From Antedon mediterranea (taxonomy: Eukaryota; Animalia; Echinodermata), in contig NC_092675.1 of NCBI RefSeq assembly GCF_964355755.1, positions 27,872,912 to 27,936,911 of the forward strand: DNA of 64,000 nt. The letters are read 5' to 3'. This document shows, one piece after another, positions 52,601 through 64,000 of the stretch; position 1 is the first letter of the stretch, and each line of letters opens with the position of its first letter. Below the pieces are notes generated by a model. That model saw only the letters and a program-made list of their open reading frames with translations. It was not told where the DNA came from and made no database searches. The position numbers and the translations under genes were made by a program.

Positions 52601-55600
52601 TAAATTATACAAGATTATGTATTCCCCTTGATGTTCATGTTTTGTCATTTTGATCGACTTACTGTATTGCGTGTTAATGACATTTGGATTTTTAACCTCT
52701 TAAAGTCTAATTTCAAAGAGGAAGTAAAAATTAAATCACAGTATCCATAGAGATCCTCCATGCAGTATCATATACTTTGTTAAGTAAGATAATTTTACCA
52801 GTAATAAATAAACTTGTTTTGTTTCTTTAGGTTCTAGAAAAAGTGAAAGCCAACGCCAAGTACTTTTGTGAGAAACTTGGTGCCTACCGAATGCCTTTTG
52901 CATGGACGGCCATTGATCTCATGCACGTCATAAATGGCTCACAGGGCCTAGGAAAATCGGATAATGGTGAATCTACCAAAACATCAGGTAAAATAAATTG
53001 CACAAATAAATTTTTTTAAAGTACTGATTTTCTAGAAAAGAGCAATATCACCTAAATTGCTAATAATCATCTGCAGATGCAACAATAGAATTTGATCATA
53101 TTTGGGTTTTCTTTTCATAATTGTTAATATCATTTTTCATTCATGTTTTATATTATTTTTCTAAGAGAAAGTTAAAGTGTGTGAAGAAAAGCACAAAAAA
53201 ATTCATATTGACTTTTTTATTGCACATTGTTTGATAATAATCTATTTTTTCTACAAAAAGATCAATGTAAATACTATTATACAGTTTGCACAGAAACATC
53301 ACAAGTTTATGATTATATTCACAGTATAATTACCTTTTCTTAAATAACAATAATTAGTATAAATAATTAATTCATATTTGTTACAATCAAGATCACTTTT
53401 AATTATTTAAACTTCACAACAATATCAAACTATATAATATATAATCATTTTCAAATTTACTACAACAGTATAACAAATGTCACAAAAAAACAATTAAATT
53501 CACTTTTTTCAAAATATATATAATAACTGTACAAGGTTATTTTCCAATAAATAATGTTTTCACAAGGTTTAACAAGCTAATTAACATATTCATCCAGGTG
53601 GCTAGTAATAGTCTACTATGCTAACCACTGCATCTTTTATCTTAGCATCAAGTCTACTGAAACGGCAGAGTTTTAATCTAGGACTGCTGGACACTTGTAA
53701 GTTGGGAATCAGTGCATCGTTTGACCTTTATTTATTTTCCCCTAATCACTTAATGGTTTCTTCCAAAATGCAGTTAATTGTATCATGGAACTATAATTAT
53801 ATTTTCTCTACTTTTTAATAATAACTTTTATCTGGTAACTGTTTGACTTTGAATGTTCTAATAGAATTTAATTTTTGTATCATTCGCATTTGAGAATATT
53901 AATTATTTCCTTGTGCACTAAACTTCCGGTTTGGTGGGATGGCAGTGTACTATAACGTTAATACAATTCTAGAGCTGTTTTAACTATTCTTTAACAGATA
54001 AATAAAATTGTTAAATTAATAATCGAACATATTTTTCCAAATTATAAATATATAAACATACTTTTAATTCCTTTACTTTCTCATATTATTGCGATCATTG
54101 TAAAGAAAATTGCTAATAGATATATGCAGCTCAACATTGCTAACTAAAAAAATAGTTAAATGTTGGCAGCCATCCTCATAAAACTAGAATAGACATATGT
54201 TTCTTAACTTTTCAACTCATGAAATATGAATAGATAGAAAATCCTTCTGCATTGCATTTTAGTATACTGAATAGTAGACACCCAAATGCATGTTTGATCT
54301 TTTTTAAATATAACTTTTGTCATACTTATAAATGCATCTTGTTGGTTTCTTTTGTGACACTTCAGTTTCTCTTGAGGTTCCGACTAGTTCAATGCCGAAT
54401 AAGCAAAGACAAAGGCAAAGTTTGAATCTTGAAATTCTCAATTGTAAGTCAGGGATTGAATCGTAATTTAATGCTTTTAACAGAAAAAAAACCACTAATT
54501 TTATCTTTTAAATGAATATATTACTATATTTAAAGAATATAATACAATTTTTTTCTTTGGTAATTTATTTTGCTGAATTACTCACAGAATGTTGTTTTGC
54601 TTTTTAATCCAATATTTAAACATAATTTACTGATTTATAAACATTAATTAAAATTACAGATAATTACCAATAAGGAATTGTAAATAAAATAAAGTAAAAT
54701 CTTGATTTTGATACTTATAATTTAGGTTCAAACTAAAAAGGTCTAATTTATGATGAACCCAAAGTAATCATTACATAATAATAGAATGCTGTACCTCCTG
54801 AAATTTTAAAAACAGAAAACAAAAATTGTTCTAAACTTATAGAATGAATAGATAAGAGTGTGTCAGTTGATTGGTTAATTATGCATCACATGTCGTTCGG
54901 TATTTATAGTTCTACCCAACAGGAAAATGATAATATTTTTTCCACAATAGTATTAACACTGATAATGTGCATTACCTATTATATTTTAGTTATGCATGCC
55001 TTTGTTTTATGATATTATTGAAATTTATATGGTGTTTCTGCACAAGAACACATTTTTTTCTTTACCTATTATTTTTGCGTTCACCAAGCCTTGCTTGTTT
55101 GCTACTATAATTATTTTTTACCTTTCCACCACATTTTATTGCCATAGCTTTTAATGACATTGAAGTTGTCGAAAGTAAGTAAAATAAGACACAGTTTATA
55201 TGATATATGCTATGGTATTTGCATTAAAAGTAATGTTATATTTAAATGTGGGACTACATATAAATGTTGCTAGGGTTGTTTTATTGTAGAAAAGGTGAGA
55301 TAATCAATTTTACTACTGCAGCAACCGACCTATTATTGAATCATGGTTGTAAAGAATACTAGATTGAAATTATTATATCTGATGTTAGCTTGTCCTTGTC
55401 TATGTTTTATTTATGTATTTATTTCTATTATTGATTTAAGTTCTTTTTTCGTTAGCGCATATCATTATGTTGCCATATTATGTATTGTTGTAATATATTT
55501 GTAATGAGAATCAAGGAATTAGGAGATATCACCACGTAGTTTTTGGCTTGTTTAAATTACTAGGCAACCATATCTTTATTTGTTATATATAATTTCATAC

Positions 55601-58600
55601 TATTATCTTTTTTTTTTTTACTTTGTGCAAATTGTTATCAATATTAGCAGCATACAAAAATGGATATCATTGTAATTTTCTATAAAATATCTGATAGAAA
55701 GCAAACAAAAATAGCATTTTATTACATACCTCAATTTCAATTATGACAACATCGGTTTTCTTTATTTACTCAAACACTACTATGGAAAATACATAAAAGC
55801 CATTTCAATTGAATAAAGTTGGACTGGCATTTCCAAATATTCGTAAGCAAAGTATGGATTTTTTAAGTTGCTCAACCTCTTGCTAGTTTGTTTTATATTA
55901 CAATATTATAACTGTACATCTGAGGTTGTGTTTACCCTGGCTGATTATTTTATTGGCCTATATTAATATATATTAAACAGATGGGGAGATAATTTTTTTT
56001 AAAGGTTTTTTTAAAATATATTCTTAATAATAATAACTAAAATATGTTGTTTATTGATTTTTTAATATTTTTTTTATTATTTGTAATTAATAATTTTATC
56101 CAGTTTTCATATTTTTATGTTTTATAATCGCCTGCTATATTTCTTTGTTTTATGTTCTTATCAATTTTTGTTTGTTATGCTTTGGGTATGCTATGTTGAA
56201 TTACATAACAAACAGCGAATGCTAAAGCTTGGTTTCCACTACGATACAACGCAACAACGTAAGCGCAACACAACAGTTCGAATATTCCATCGGTTGTGAT
56301 TGGTCAAGTCATGTTTTTGTCGAAGTCGTTACGTTGAATCCTAGTGGGAACCAAGCATAACTAGTCATATACATATCTTACTGTAAAGCAAGTTATATTT
56401 ATGGTAAGATTTACAATAAGGTACTGTATAGCTAACCTAATAGTTATGCTCGTTGACATTTTGTAGAGAATAGAATGCTTGTTGACATGAATAACATGTA
56501 GATAAGCTAACAAACTGATTTTAATACAATTGTATTCAGTTTAAATTAGTAAGTTTTCAAAACTGTTTTGATGCTTCCAGTAATACAAAAGTATTAAGAA
56601 TTGTGGATCCATTAAATAAATATTTCAGTATTATTCCAATATTATCATTGACATCATTATCAACATTTCCATCAACATTGCCATCCACATTTTCATCAAC
56701 ATTGCCATCAACATTTCCATCAACATTGTCGTCAACATTGCCATCAGCATTGTCATCAACATTGCCATCAACATTTCCATCAACATTTCCATAAACATTG
56801 CCATCAACATTGTCATCAACATTGCCATCAACATTGTCATCAACATTGCTATCGATATTGCCATCAACATTGCCATCAACCTTGCCATCAACATTGCCAT
56901 CAACATTTTCATCAACATTGCTATCAACATTCCATCAACATCATCAGAAAAACAATACAAATTTACAAATTGAATTGTTTGATTTTAATATACCAACTTC
57001 TAACTTAACGTGTATTAATTTTTTATGGAATTTTTTACACCACAGTTAGCCGCACTAACAGCTTAGATGATCAAGCAAGAAAGAAGGGTCTCGCTGGTCT
57101 CACCAGCCACGGTTCATTGCCTCGTAAAGGTAATGATTCTACTGGTGGAAGCCTAAAGCGTAGCAGTTCTGATAGAAGAAGTTTTTATCGTGGTGATGAC
57201 GAAACTGGAACCATATCGGCTTTCAAACCTGTAACGCTTACTGTGTCAAGTTTTTTCAAGCAGGCAAGTTGAATTTTAAATATTGTCCATGTTACAGTAG
57301 ATTTTATATTTCTGTTATTACTGGGCAATTTAATAATAACTATAAGATACTCTGGTTCAGGCCAATAGAATAATTAATTTGTATTTGATATTTTGGAAAT
57401 TCAATATACTCTTTAATTTTATGTGATGTACTACTGAAAACTTTTTAAAAGAAATATGTTTTGTTTGTCTTGTTTAAAAAAGTTAACAATTCTTTTTTAT
57501 AGGAAGGAGATAAATTGAGTGATGATGACCTTTTCAAGTTTCTAGCAGACTTAAAAAGGCCAACTTCAATTTTGAAACGATTGAAATGTATTCCAGGTAA
57601 GTAGTGAATAAAGGTTGTATTAGCAATCTTTAGATCTTGGCTTACTGCTTTCAAAATTGTAGGTATGAGAATGGTGATCAACTCTCATTCTAGTTCCTTT
57701 GAATTACTATTCTGAAATTTAATTAAAAAGTTAAAAACTTTTAAATTAAATAAATCAATCAAGTTCATATTAACATCTATTCTGTAATACTTATCTATTC
57801 AGGTAGTTTAAAATTAGACATCTCAAAACACCAGGAACCGTCATCATACTGCTTGACCCCTGACCTTTACCAGGTTACACCGTATCCAGATATGAGAACA
57901 CGTCCTACAAGGGAGATGCAAGAGTTTCCCTCCAGAGATGTTTATGTGCCAAACAATGTTTACAGGTAGGATAAAGATACATATATTTTACATTTTATTC
58001 AATTCTTATGGTGTGGTCAGAAATCATTTAATATTCAAGCAGACTGTCAATCAGGAAAGGTAGTTTAGAAACATTTCTATATTTTTTGGGTTGTATAGTC
58101 CATCAGTGCATTTGAAGAACAAACAAAAACAATGATTTGGTCAGAAACAGATGTGTTCAGACATTGTGGTGTCATCCTTAACAGTGTCATGCACAGTTAG
58201 TAGGGACTGGTTTAAAGTTCTCTGTTCTTCCACTTTGTTATTACGCTATTCTTATCCTTATTTATAGGAATATCATGTATATTTACCCACTAAACCTAAA
58301 CTTTTCTGGTCGTGCTGGGTCTGCAAGAAATATTGCCATCAAAGTACAATTACTGAAAGGATCTGGTGAAGATGACAGCATACCATTGCAGGTAGGTTAA
58401 CAATTTTTAACACATACTTCTCCACAAAACTGATAATAAATGCTATTCATGCATTCATCTTGCTGAAATAACAATGTAGAACAAAATAAATATAAAAAAT
58501 AATTCTAGACACTTTTAAAATTTATTTATTTTTTATTAATTCATTCGTAATGGTATTTATTCAATAAAGAATAACAAAGATATAAAACATGCCAGCCCGA

Positions 58601-61600
58601 AGGCTGAATTGCGCATTATATGTATTGAATTTTTCACCAAAAAAAATGTTACTACTCTCTGTTGATTACTATTTGTGGTATTGTGAGCTAATGTATATAG
58701 GCTGATAACCCAATATATTTTGAGTATATGCTAACCTTCAAAACTTCAACTATTTTTGTGTTTGAGTACTAATAATAATACTGTAGTAATAGATTTAGTA
58801 GTTATAAAAATAAATACTTGCCTCTTTCAGTGTATATTTGGAAAATCAAGCAGTCCAGAGTTTGTGCATGAAATGTATTCTTCTGTTACCTACCACAACA
58901 AAACACCTGATTTCTATGAGGAGATTAAGATCCGTCTACCACCAAGCCTGGAGGACTCCAACCATTTACTGTTCACGTTTTACCATATCAGCTGTCAGAA
59001 GAAACAGGACAACACACAAATAGAAACACCAATAGGATACACGGTGAGTTTTCATATTCATTTTTTATTTATTATTTGTTTCGCACTATCATTCTGTAGC
59101 ACAAAATGTCCGATAAATGTTCCATATACAGTGTGTTTATAGAACTAAGCAAGTTTTGGCATTGTGTTTTATAGTCCATTTTATAGTCAATATAGTACCC
59201 ACTTTTAAACAACCTAGCAAAATGTCTCATTGACAGTAGAAAGACAAAAGACAGATAGACAGAATCATTTTAAGTCCATTGCTCGGATTTTTGGGAGATC
59301 CTCCAAGAAGAAAATGTCTAAAACAGCCACAACAAATCAAAATATTTGTAATCCATAGCATCACAGTATTTAGATACATAAAATGAATTATGTAAATTTG
59401 TAAAGCTTTAAAAAATAGTTAAAACTCATTGTTAATTTTGTTTTCTTGCAGTGGTTACCTATCTATCGTAATCAGCGCTTACAAACTGGAAATTTTAACT
59501 TGCCTGTGTCAGTAGAGAAACTACCAAAGGCCTACTCTATGCTGTCACCAGATGTAAGTACTATACTATTGTTTTCTATCCAATGCAGTAAAGTAGTGAC
59601 TTGGTGGTTAACATGCTTGCATGTCAAATTGCTTGGTTCAATTCTTGACCTTTTACTTACTCAATTATCGTTGTCTAAATGTTCATACCATGGACCTATA
59701 AATAAGAAGACAAACAAATAATTGCTAGGCCCATGTTTATATAATCATTTCTATTTCTTACAGACTCAACTACCTTATATGAAATGGGTTGATGGACAGA
59801 AGAAAATATTTGAAGTGTCTGTAAAAGCTGTATCCTCCATTCATTCACAGGTAAATTATAAGTTAATGATAGGAAGTGCAACTTATTGTGGAAATTATGG
59901 AAGGCAAACTCTGCCAAAAATATATTTGAAACACAATGTACAGATATCGGTACTAGTACAGGTACTACAAACACACATCATACAAAGATAAACTGCCAAA
60001 TATATAATTGAAAACAATATTGTTGCGATACCAATCATTTTTTAACTTTCTTTTTTCAATTTTAAGATATATATGTACATTTGTTCACTTACATCTTTAA
60101 TTTGTCTTTTTTATTGTCTTAGGATGATAAACTTGACCAATTCCTCTGGTTATGCCACTCGATAGAAGCAGGCGTCATTCCCAAATCTATTCCAAATGAT
60201 AAGATGGAGTATGAGCTAAATAAGAGTGTGAAGGTCATCTCTGAGGCCCGGCCTGAACCTCTGGTCCAATTCTTGCATCTACTACTGGACAAGCTCTTCC
60301 TTATGATGGTCAAATCACCTGTGATATCAGGTCAATTAGGTAATTTAAATAGTTTACACAATGTACATTTTTAGAAAACATGGTGTTTACAAAGTTTTGA
60401 TAAATGATATAAAACAAACTACACTACAAACATAGGGAAGCCATCTTTATTCTATATTTCAAACTTTTTATTCAAGTATTAAATGCAATTCAAGTTATTA
60501 TTGTTTTGCTTTTTCTTTTATAATACACGCTCAGAAACAATACGTGGCTGCTAAGACCAGTACATTACAGTATCCAGGGTTATTAAATAAGTTTTGTTTT
60601 TTTCAGTGACAATGAGCTCCAACTGTTTTGAGTCATTAACTAACATTGTGGAGAGGATACACAGCTTACTGGACAAGAGTAAAGACAATCATGAACGCAA
60701 TACATTGCTAGCTGCCTACATTGAGCATGTCTTCAAACCTCCAGAAGATGTACCAAGACCTGCTGGTGAGAAACATTATTTCTGCATCACATACAAAATG
60801 CAATGCATTTTCATTATTTAATATAATGTAAATTATACTTATTCACAATAAATTCAATTCTTTTATCCCACACATACTATGTTTTTTATTGGTTATTATT
60901 ATTACAAGTGTTTATATAATTATTATTTTATGTGTTTTTAATATATGTGTAGAGAACATTTATTGAATATTTATTTATTTAATAAACAAATGAATGAATA
61001 AATGCAATACGTCATACAGCAGCAAATATGGCAACACACTTAAGTAAAGCTTTTTTATTAACAGAATATGAATAATGTGCATTATGTTTGTGGATTGTGT
61101 CTTAACCAACTAAATGAATATTTTATTCCACAGGTCTATCACCATCTGGTAGCTACAGTAGCCTAAAGAAATCTCACAGCATGAACTTGAAGTCACCAGG
61201 GCAGCGCAACAGTTACGGAGGCAGAAGTAGTATGCCACAATCACCAGATGATGAGGTCGGTGGAATTATGCACACAAGAGTTGCGCCTGACCGATACGGC
61301 TCTGCAAAGGTAGTACAACCGAATTCTGAAACAGGAATGGGTAATGTTCCAGTACGTGGATTAGGAGGGCGCTCTCCTCCACGCAAGGTGAGAAAATAAG
61401 CCTTACAGGAGCTAATAATTTGAATTAAATTATTATTTATGATTATCTTATTGTTCACCATATTAAGCTATCACTCAGTAGAAAAAGAAATGGAAATTAA
61501 TTGTTTTATAGAAGACATTCAACAAATGAAAATATTATCCTATTTAACGAATAAAAACATTATTTACCTAAGTACATTTTGAATTAAACAAAGGCTAACC

Positions 61601-63718
61601 CATTATAAAGACATGTCATACAAAATAATTGTGGCTTTGTGGGTATGATGCTTGGCTACCAACAGTCCTGTTTTATATCAGGATTTTTTCTTATGACAAA
61701 TTACAACTCGACTCCCAAAAACTTTGTTTTTGTAAAGCATCTTGTGTATATGTTTGTCTTGAACAAGATTGCCACCTCTAAGAAGGATAGTGAATGAATT
61801 GGCTTATGGTTATCCTTGGCAGTTTGCCTAAATAAATAAAAAATAAAAAAATAATCAGAATGTTTACAAAATCTGACCATGAAATGATTACATGTAATAC
61901 AAAATCTTTTGCTGATATGGTCTTTCTGAATCTGGGATTTCTGAAAAATAAAGCAGTATATTTTGATCACTTCTCTTCTTGTTTCCTCTCCAGTTGGTTC
62001 ATGAACAGCTGGCCCTCCAGCTAGGCATCTGCAGCGGGAGGTCGAAGGACCAAGCACTTAAGCACGCCTGGTTTTTCTTTGATATAATGGTAAGAAATGT
62101 ATTTTAATATTTTCTAAAAGAGCTTGAAACACTATTTGAATAGACTAGAGGATTGTTTTTTATCTGTGTAGGCACAGCACCGTGGCTGCTGTGAGTTCGT
62201 AAAGGGTTTTAAATAAATTTTCCAGGGACGGTTAATAATTAATTTTATATTTGATCACTATATAAAGTATATTTATATTTTCTCCTGTTTAATAGATTAA
62301 AAGCATGGCTCAATATTACTACAGTGATGAGATAAAACTAAAGGACTTGCCACGTAGGGAACGATTTTCAGACAGCTTTTGTTCCGACATTGAAGCTATT
62401 GTTAACATGGTTGGTACTGAAATACTAGCCAGATATTCAAAGGTATTGATGGAAGTTTAATGGTTTTAATATACAGTACACATCAAGCTCATTTTGAATA
62501 TACCATATACAAATATATGGTCAATATACGGTTATATGTACATTAAAACAGTGATATGCTTGTGACCTTATGAACAAACTGTCCATATGAAACTTACAAA
62601 TACAATAAAGAAAAAGAAATGCAAGACATGTGACAATGGTTATGGACATGTACTGCCTCTCCCCGCTTAAAATACATTTTGGAATGTAACACTAAATATT
62701 CATATATACAGTTTTTTTTAGTTAAAGCATACTAATATTCATAAAACATTAAACCAGTCTTCCATATCAGTTATGTTCCCATGCTTATGAATTGAATGTG
62801 TAATGATAACAACTGTTTTCATTTTTTCTTTGTAGGAAGCAAGGGCAATGAGTCTTTTGAATATTCATCTGGCTTTTTTCATTCAAGATCTTTTCACTCT
62901 GATGGATAGAGGATTTGTTTTCAAACAGATTCAGGGATATTTCAGATCAGTAAGCATAAATATTAGATTTTCCTTGATGTTGTAATTGACATAGGAACAC
63001 ATTTGTTATTGTAAATGTAAATGGAAGAATAATCTGCGACTTGCAGCCTAATGGGTTGAATTGCAGACATATACCACACCTTCCTTTCCCCTAAGGGTCA
63101 CTTCGTGCGCTGAGTGCTGCCACAAAACGGCGTCCGTTCGTATGTCTACAAAGACAGGGGCTGAATGCACCAGTCCGGGGTAACCCTGTAATCTTTCGAA
63201 AGATGTTCATGGGGTCTTTAAAATGCACACGAGCCAGATGTGTACACTGTACTTCCATTTTTAAGTCCTTATCCAATATTGTATCAATCCCAACAATAGC
63301 CAATGTATAACCTTTGTATCTAGTGAGTATGCCAATAAAATATTTTTAATAAATATGCTTTTGATGAAATGATATATAATTTTAATGTTTATTTGGATCT
63401 TTTTCAGCTTGCCGATAGACTGGTAACATTAACAGACCCAACCCCACTAGCACAGATAAAGCTAGACTTCTTGCGTGTCGTCTGCAGCCATGAGCACTAT
63501 GTTACCCTTAACCTTCCTCTGTGTCCATCGCTCATCACAAACCCTCCTTCTCCCACACTGTCAATCATTAGCACCACATCCTTCTGTTCTCTGTCTTCGT
63601 ACTTCACATCTGGAGAGATGCAGAGTAACGCCAAGTCTGAGCTTTCCTACGAGTTCAAACAACGTCATTTTCTGACGGGACTTTTGTTGTCGGACTTGTC
63701 AGCAATGCTTTTGACCAA
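46669..63718 (+). CDS. DOCK7: Dedicator of cytokinesis, DOCK-C class (DOCK6/7/8 orthologue), N-terminal part including the DHR-1/C2 domain; continues past the window
   Basis: Exons: 46669-46712 ([14 protein letters not shown], cf. DOCK7 MAERRAFAQKIS), 49225-49333, 49567-49742, 49960-50158, 50456-50674 ([13 protein letters not shown]), 51214-51299, 51496-51562, 52301-52528 ([12 protein letters not shown]), 52831-52987 ([10 protein letters not shown]), 57046-57263, 57503-57596, 57803-57965, 58268-58391, 58831-59043 ([17 protein letters not shown]...[12 protein letters not shown]), 59452-59553, 59764-59850, 60123-60339, 60607-60765, 61134-61387, 61994-62089, 62296-62442, 62836-62949, 63408-63718 ([13 protein letters not shown]). 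Confidence 0.93.
46901..48928. mobile_element. Mutator-like TIR element in DOCK7 intron 1
   Basis: GGGAT...GCCGCCGACAAGTTGAGCCGCCG...TTTCTATGAAACGCC is inverted at 48870-48928. The flanks repeat CACGGCG (7 bp, or 9 bp with one mismatch). Confidence 0.7.
47088..48298 (+). mobile_element. Non-autonomous Helitron/Helentron (DINE-1-like) element nested in the Mutator-like element
   Basis: 5' GGTTATCCGC-ACTTG-GCGGATAACC followed by a T/C microsatellite. 3' sub-TIR GCGGATAACC, hairpin AACTCGTC-CGTAGT-GACGAGTT, then CTAGT. Confidence 0.8.
52057..52278 (+). mobile_element. tRNA-derived SINE (same family as 21035-21252)
   Basis: TGGAGTTGTGGCTTTGTGG...GGTTCAAGTC...CAGGATTTTTTCT shared with the other two copies. 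Confidence 0.75.
53646..53696 (+). CDS. DOCK7: Candidate DOCK7 cassette exon (51 nt, phase 1-1; [17 protein letters not shown])
   Basis: TTTTATCTTAG acceptor and GTAAGT donor; open in the phase of the flanking exons. Confidence 0.6.
54366..54443 (+). CDS. DOCK7: Candidate DOCK7 cassette exon (78 nt, phase 1-1; [25 protein letters not shown])
   Basis: CTTCAG acceptor and GTAAGT donor; frame-preserving with no stop. Confidence 0.6.
55148..55174 (+). CDS. DOCK7: Candidate DOCK7 27-nt microexon (FNDIEVVE)
   Basis: TTTTATTGCCATAG acceptor and GTAAGT donor; phase 1-1 with no stop. Confidence 0.55.
56226..56357. mobile_element. MITE family B copy
   Basis: AGCTTGGTTTCCACTA...CTAGTGGGAACCAAGCA flanked by TAA/TAA. 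Confidence 0.75.
56640..56945. repeat. 12-bp minisatellite (CCATCAACATTG)
   Basis: About 25 degenerate tandem units; they account for the low-complexity ORFs on both strands. Confidence 0.92.
61629..61850 (+). mobile_element. tRNA-derived SINE, B-box deleted, A-rich tail
   Basis: Shares the head and body with the 21035 and 52057 copies and ends in AAATAAATAAAAAATAAAAAA. Confidence 0.75.
63085..63275 (-). mobile_element. SINE fragment resembling the Deu/Nin conserved domain
   Basis: Reverse complement GGATAAGGACTTAAAA...GTGTACAC...GCATTTTAAAGACCCCATG...TTTCGAAAG...GGGTTACCCCGG. The CCCCTAAGGGTCAC motif also occurs near 16758. The family match is from memory. Confidence 0.5.
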
Positions 63719-63901
63719 GTAAGAATTCATCAGCTTTTTCAAATAATTAGTAATTGGAATAGGGTAAATTTTAAATGTATATGTAAAAGGTTCTCCATTA
63801 TTGTCCTGCCATTAATAAAGTAGAAGGGTGCAGTACATCATTGGGTAAAGCATGGATTTATCAAAGTCTTCATATATTCAGTATTAGTATGAGTTAACTA
63901 A

Positions 63902-64000
63902 AGCTCTGTCTACACTATAAAACTAGTTTGACAAAAATGTGTGATGTACCCAAATATGATAGAGATATGCCCAAATATAGTAGTGATATGACATCATCGT
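63902..64000. mobile_element. MITE family A, truncated by the window end
   Basis: TAA followed by AGCTCTGTCTACACTATAAAACTAGTTTGACAAAAATGTGTGATG, matching the 15254 copy. Confidence 0.85.

Noticed and set aside
56603-57049. Ser/Thr- or Met-rich ORFs
   Set aside because: They are products of a 12-bp tandem repeat with no splice support.

Overview
AT-rich animal (invertebrate, possibly echinoderm-like; inference) genomic DNA with three spliced protein genes. (1) A RAPGEF2/6 (PDZ-GEF) orthologue on + lacks its 5' end and stops at 28952. (2) STOML1 is complete on - (33755-38259) and lies tail-to-tail with the RapGEF. (3) A DOCK7-like (DOCK-C) gene on + starts at ATG 46669 and runs off the window. 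Introns carry many MITEs, SINEs and minisatellites. The STOML1-DOCK7 head-to-head interval (about 38300-48950) is packed with nested non-autonomous DNA transposons (Kolobok-, Harbinger-, Mutator- and Helentron-like), including a roughly 2 kb palindrome. The best candidate for an undescribed system is a 3966-bp TA-flanked TIR element (42597-46562) with no transposase. It carries two copies of a divergent Pol III cassette: a tRNA cloverleaf with anticodon GAC fused to a roughly 180-nt structured RNA ending in oligo-T, and back-to-back with it a roughly 85-nt TATA/A-box/B-box/oligo-T unit. All gene models and alignments were read by eye and no database search was run.
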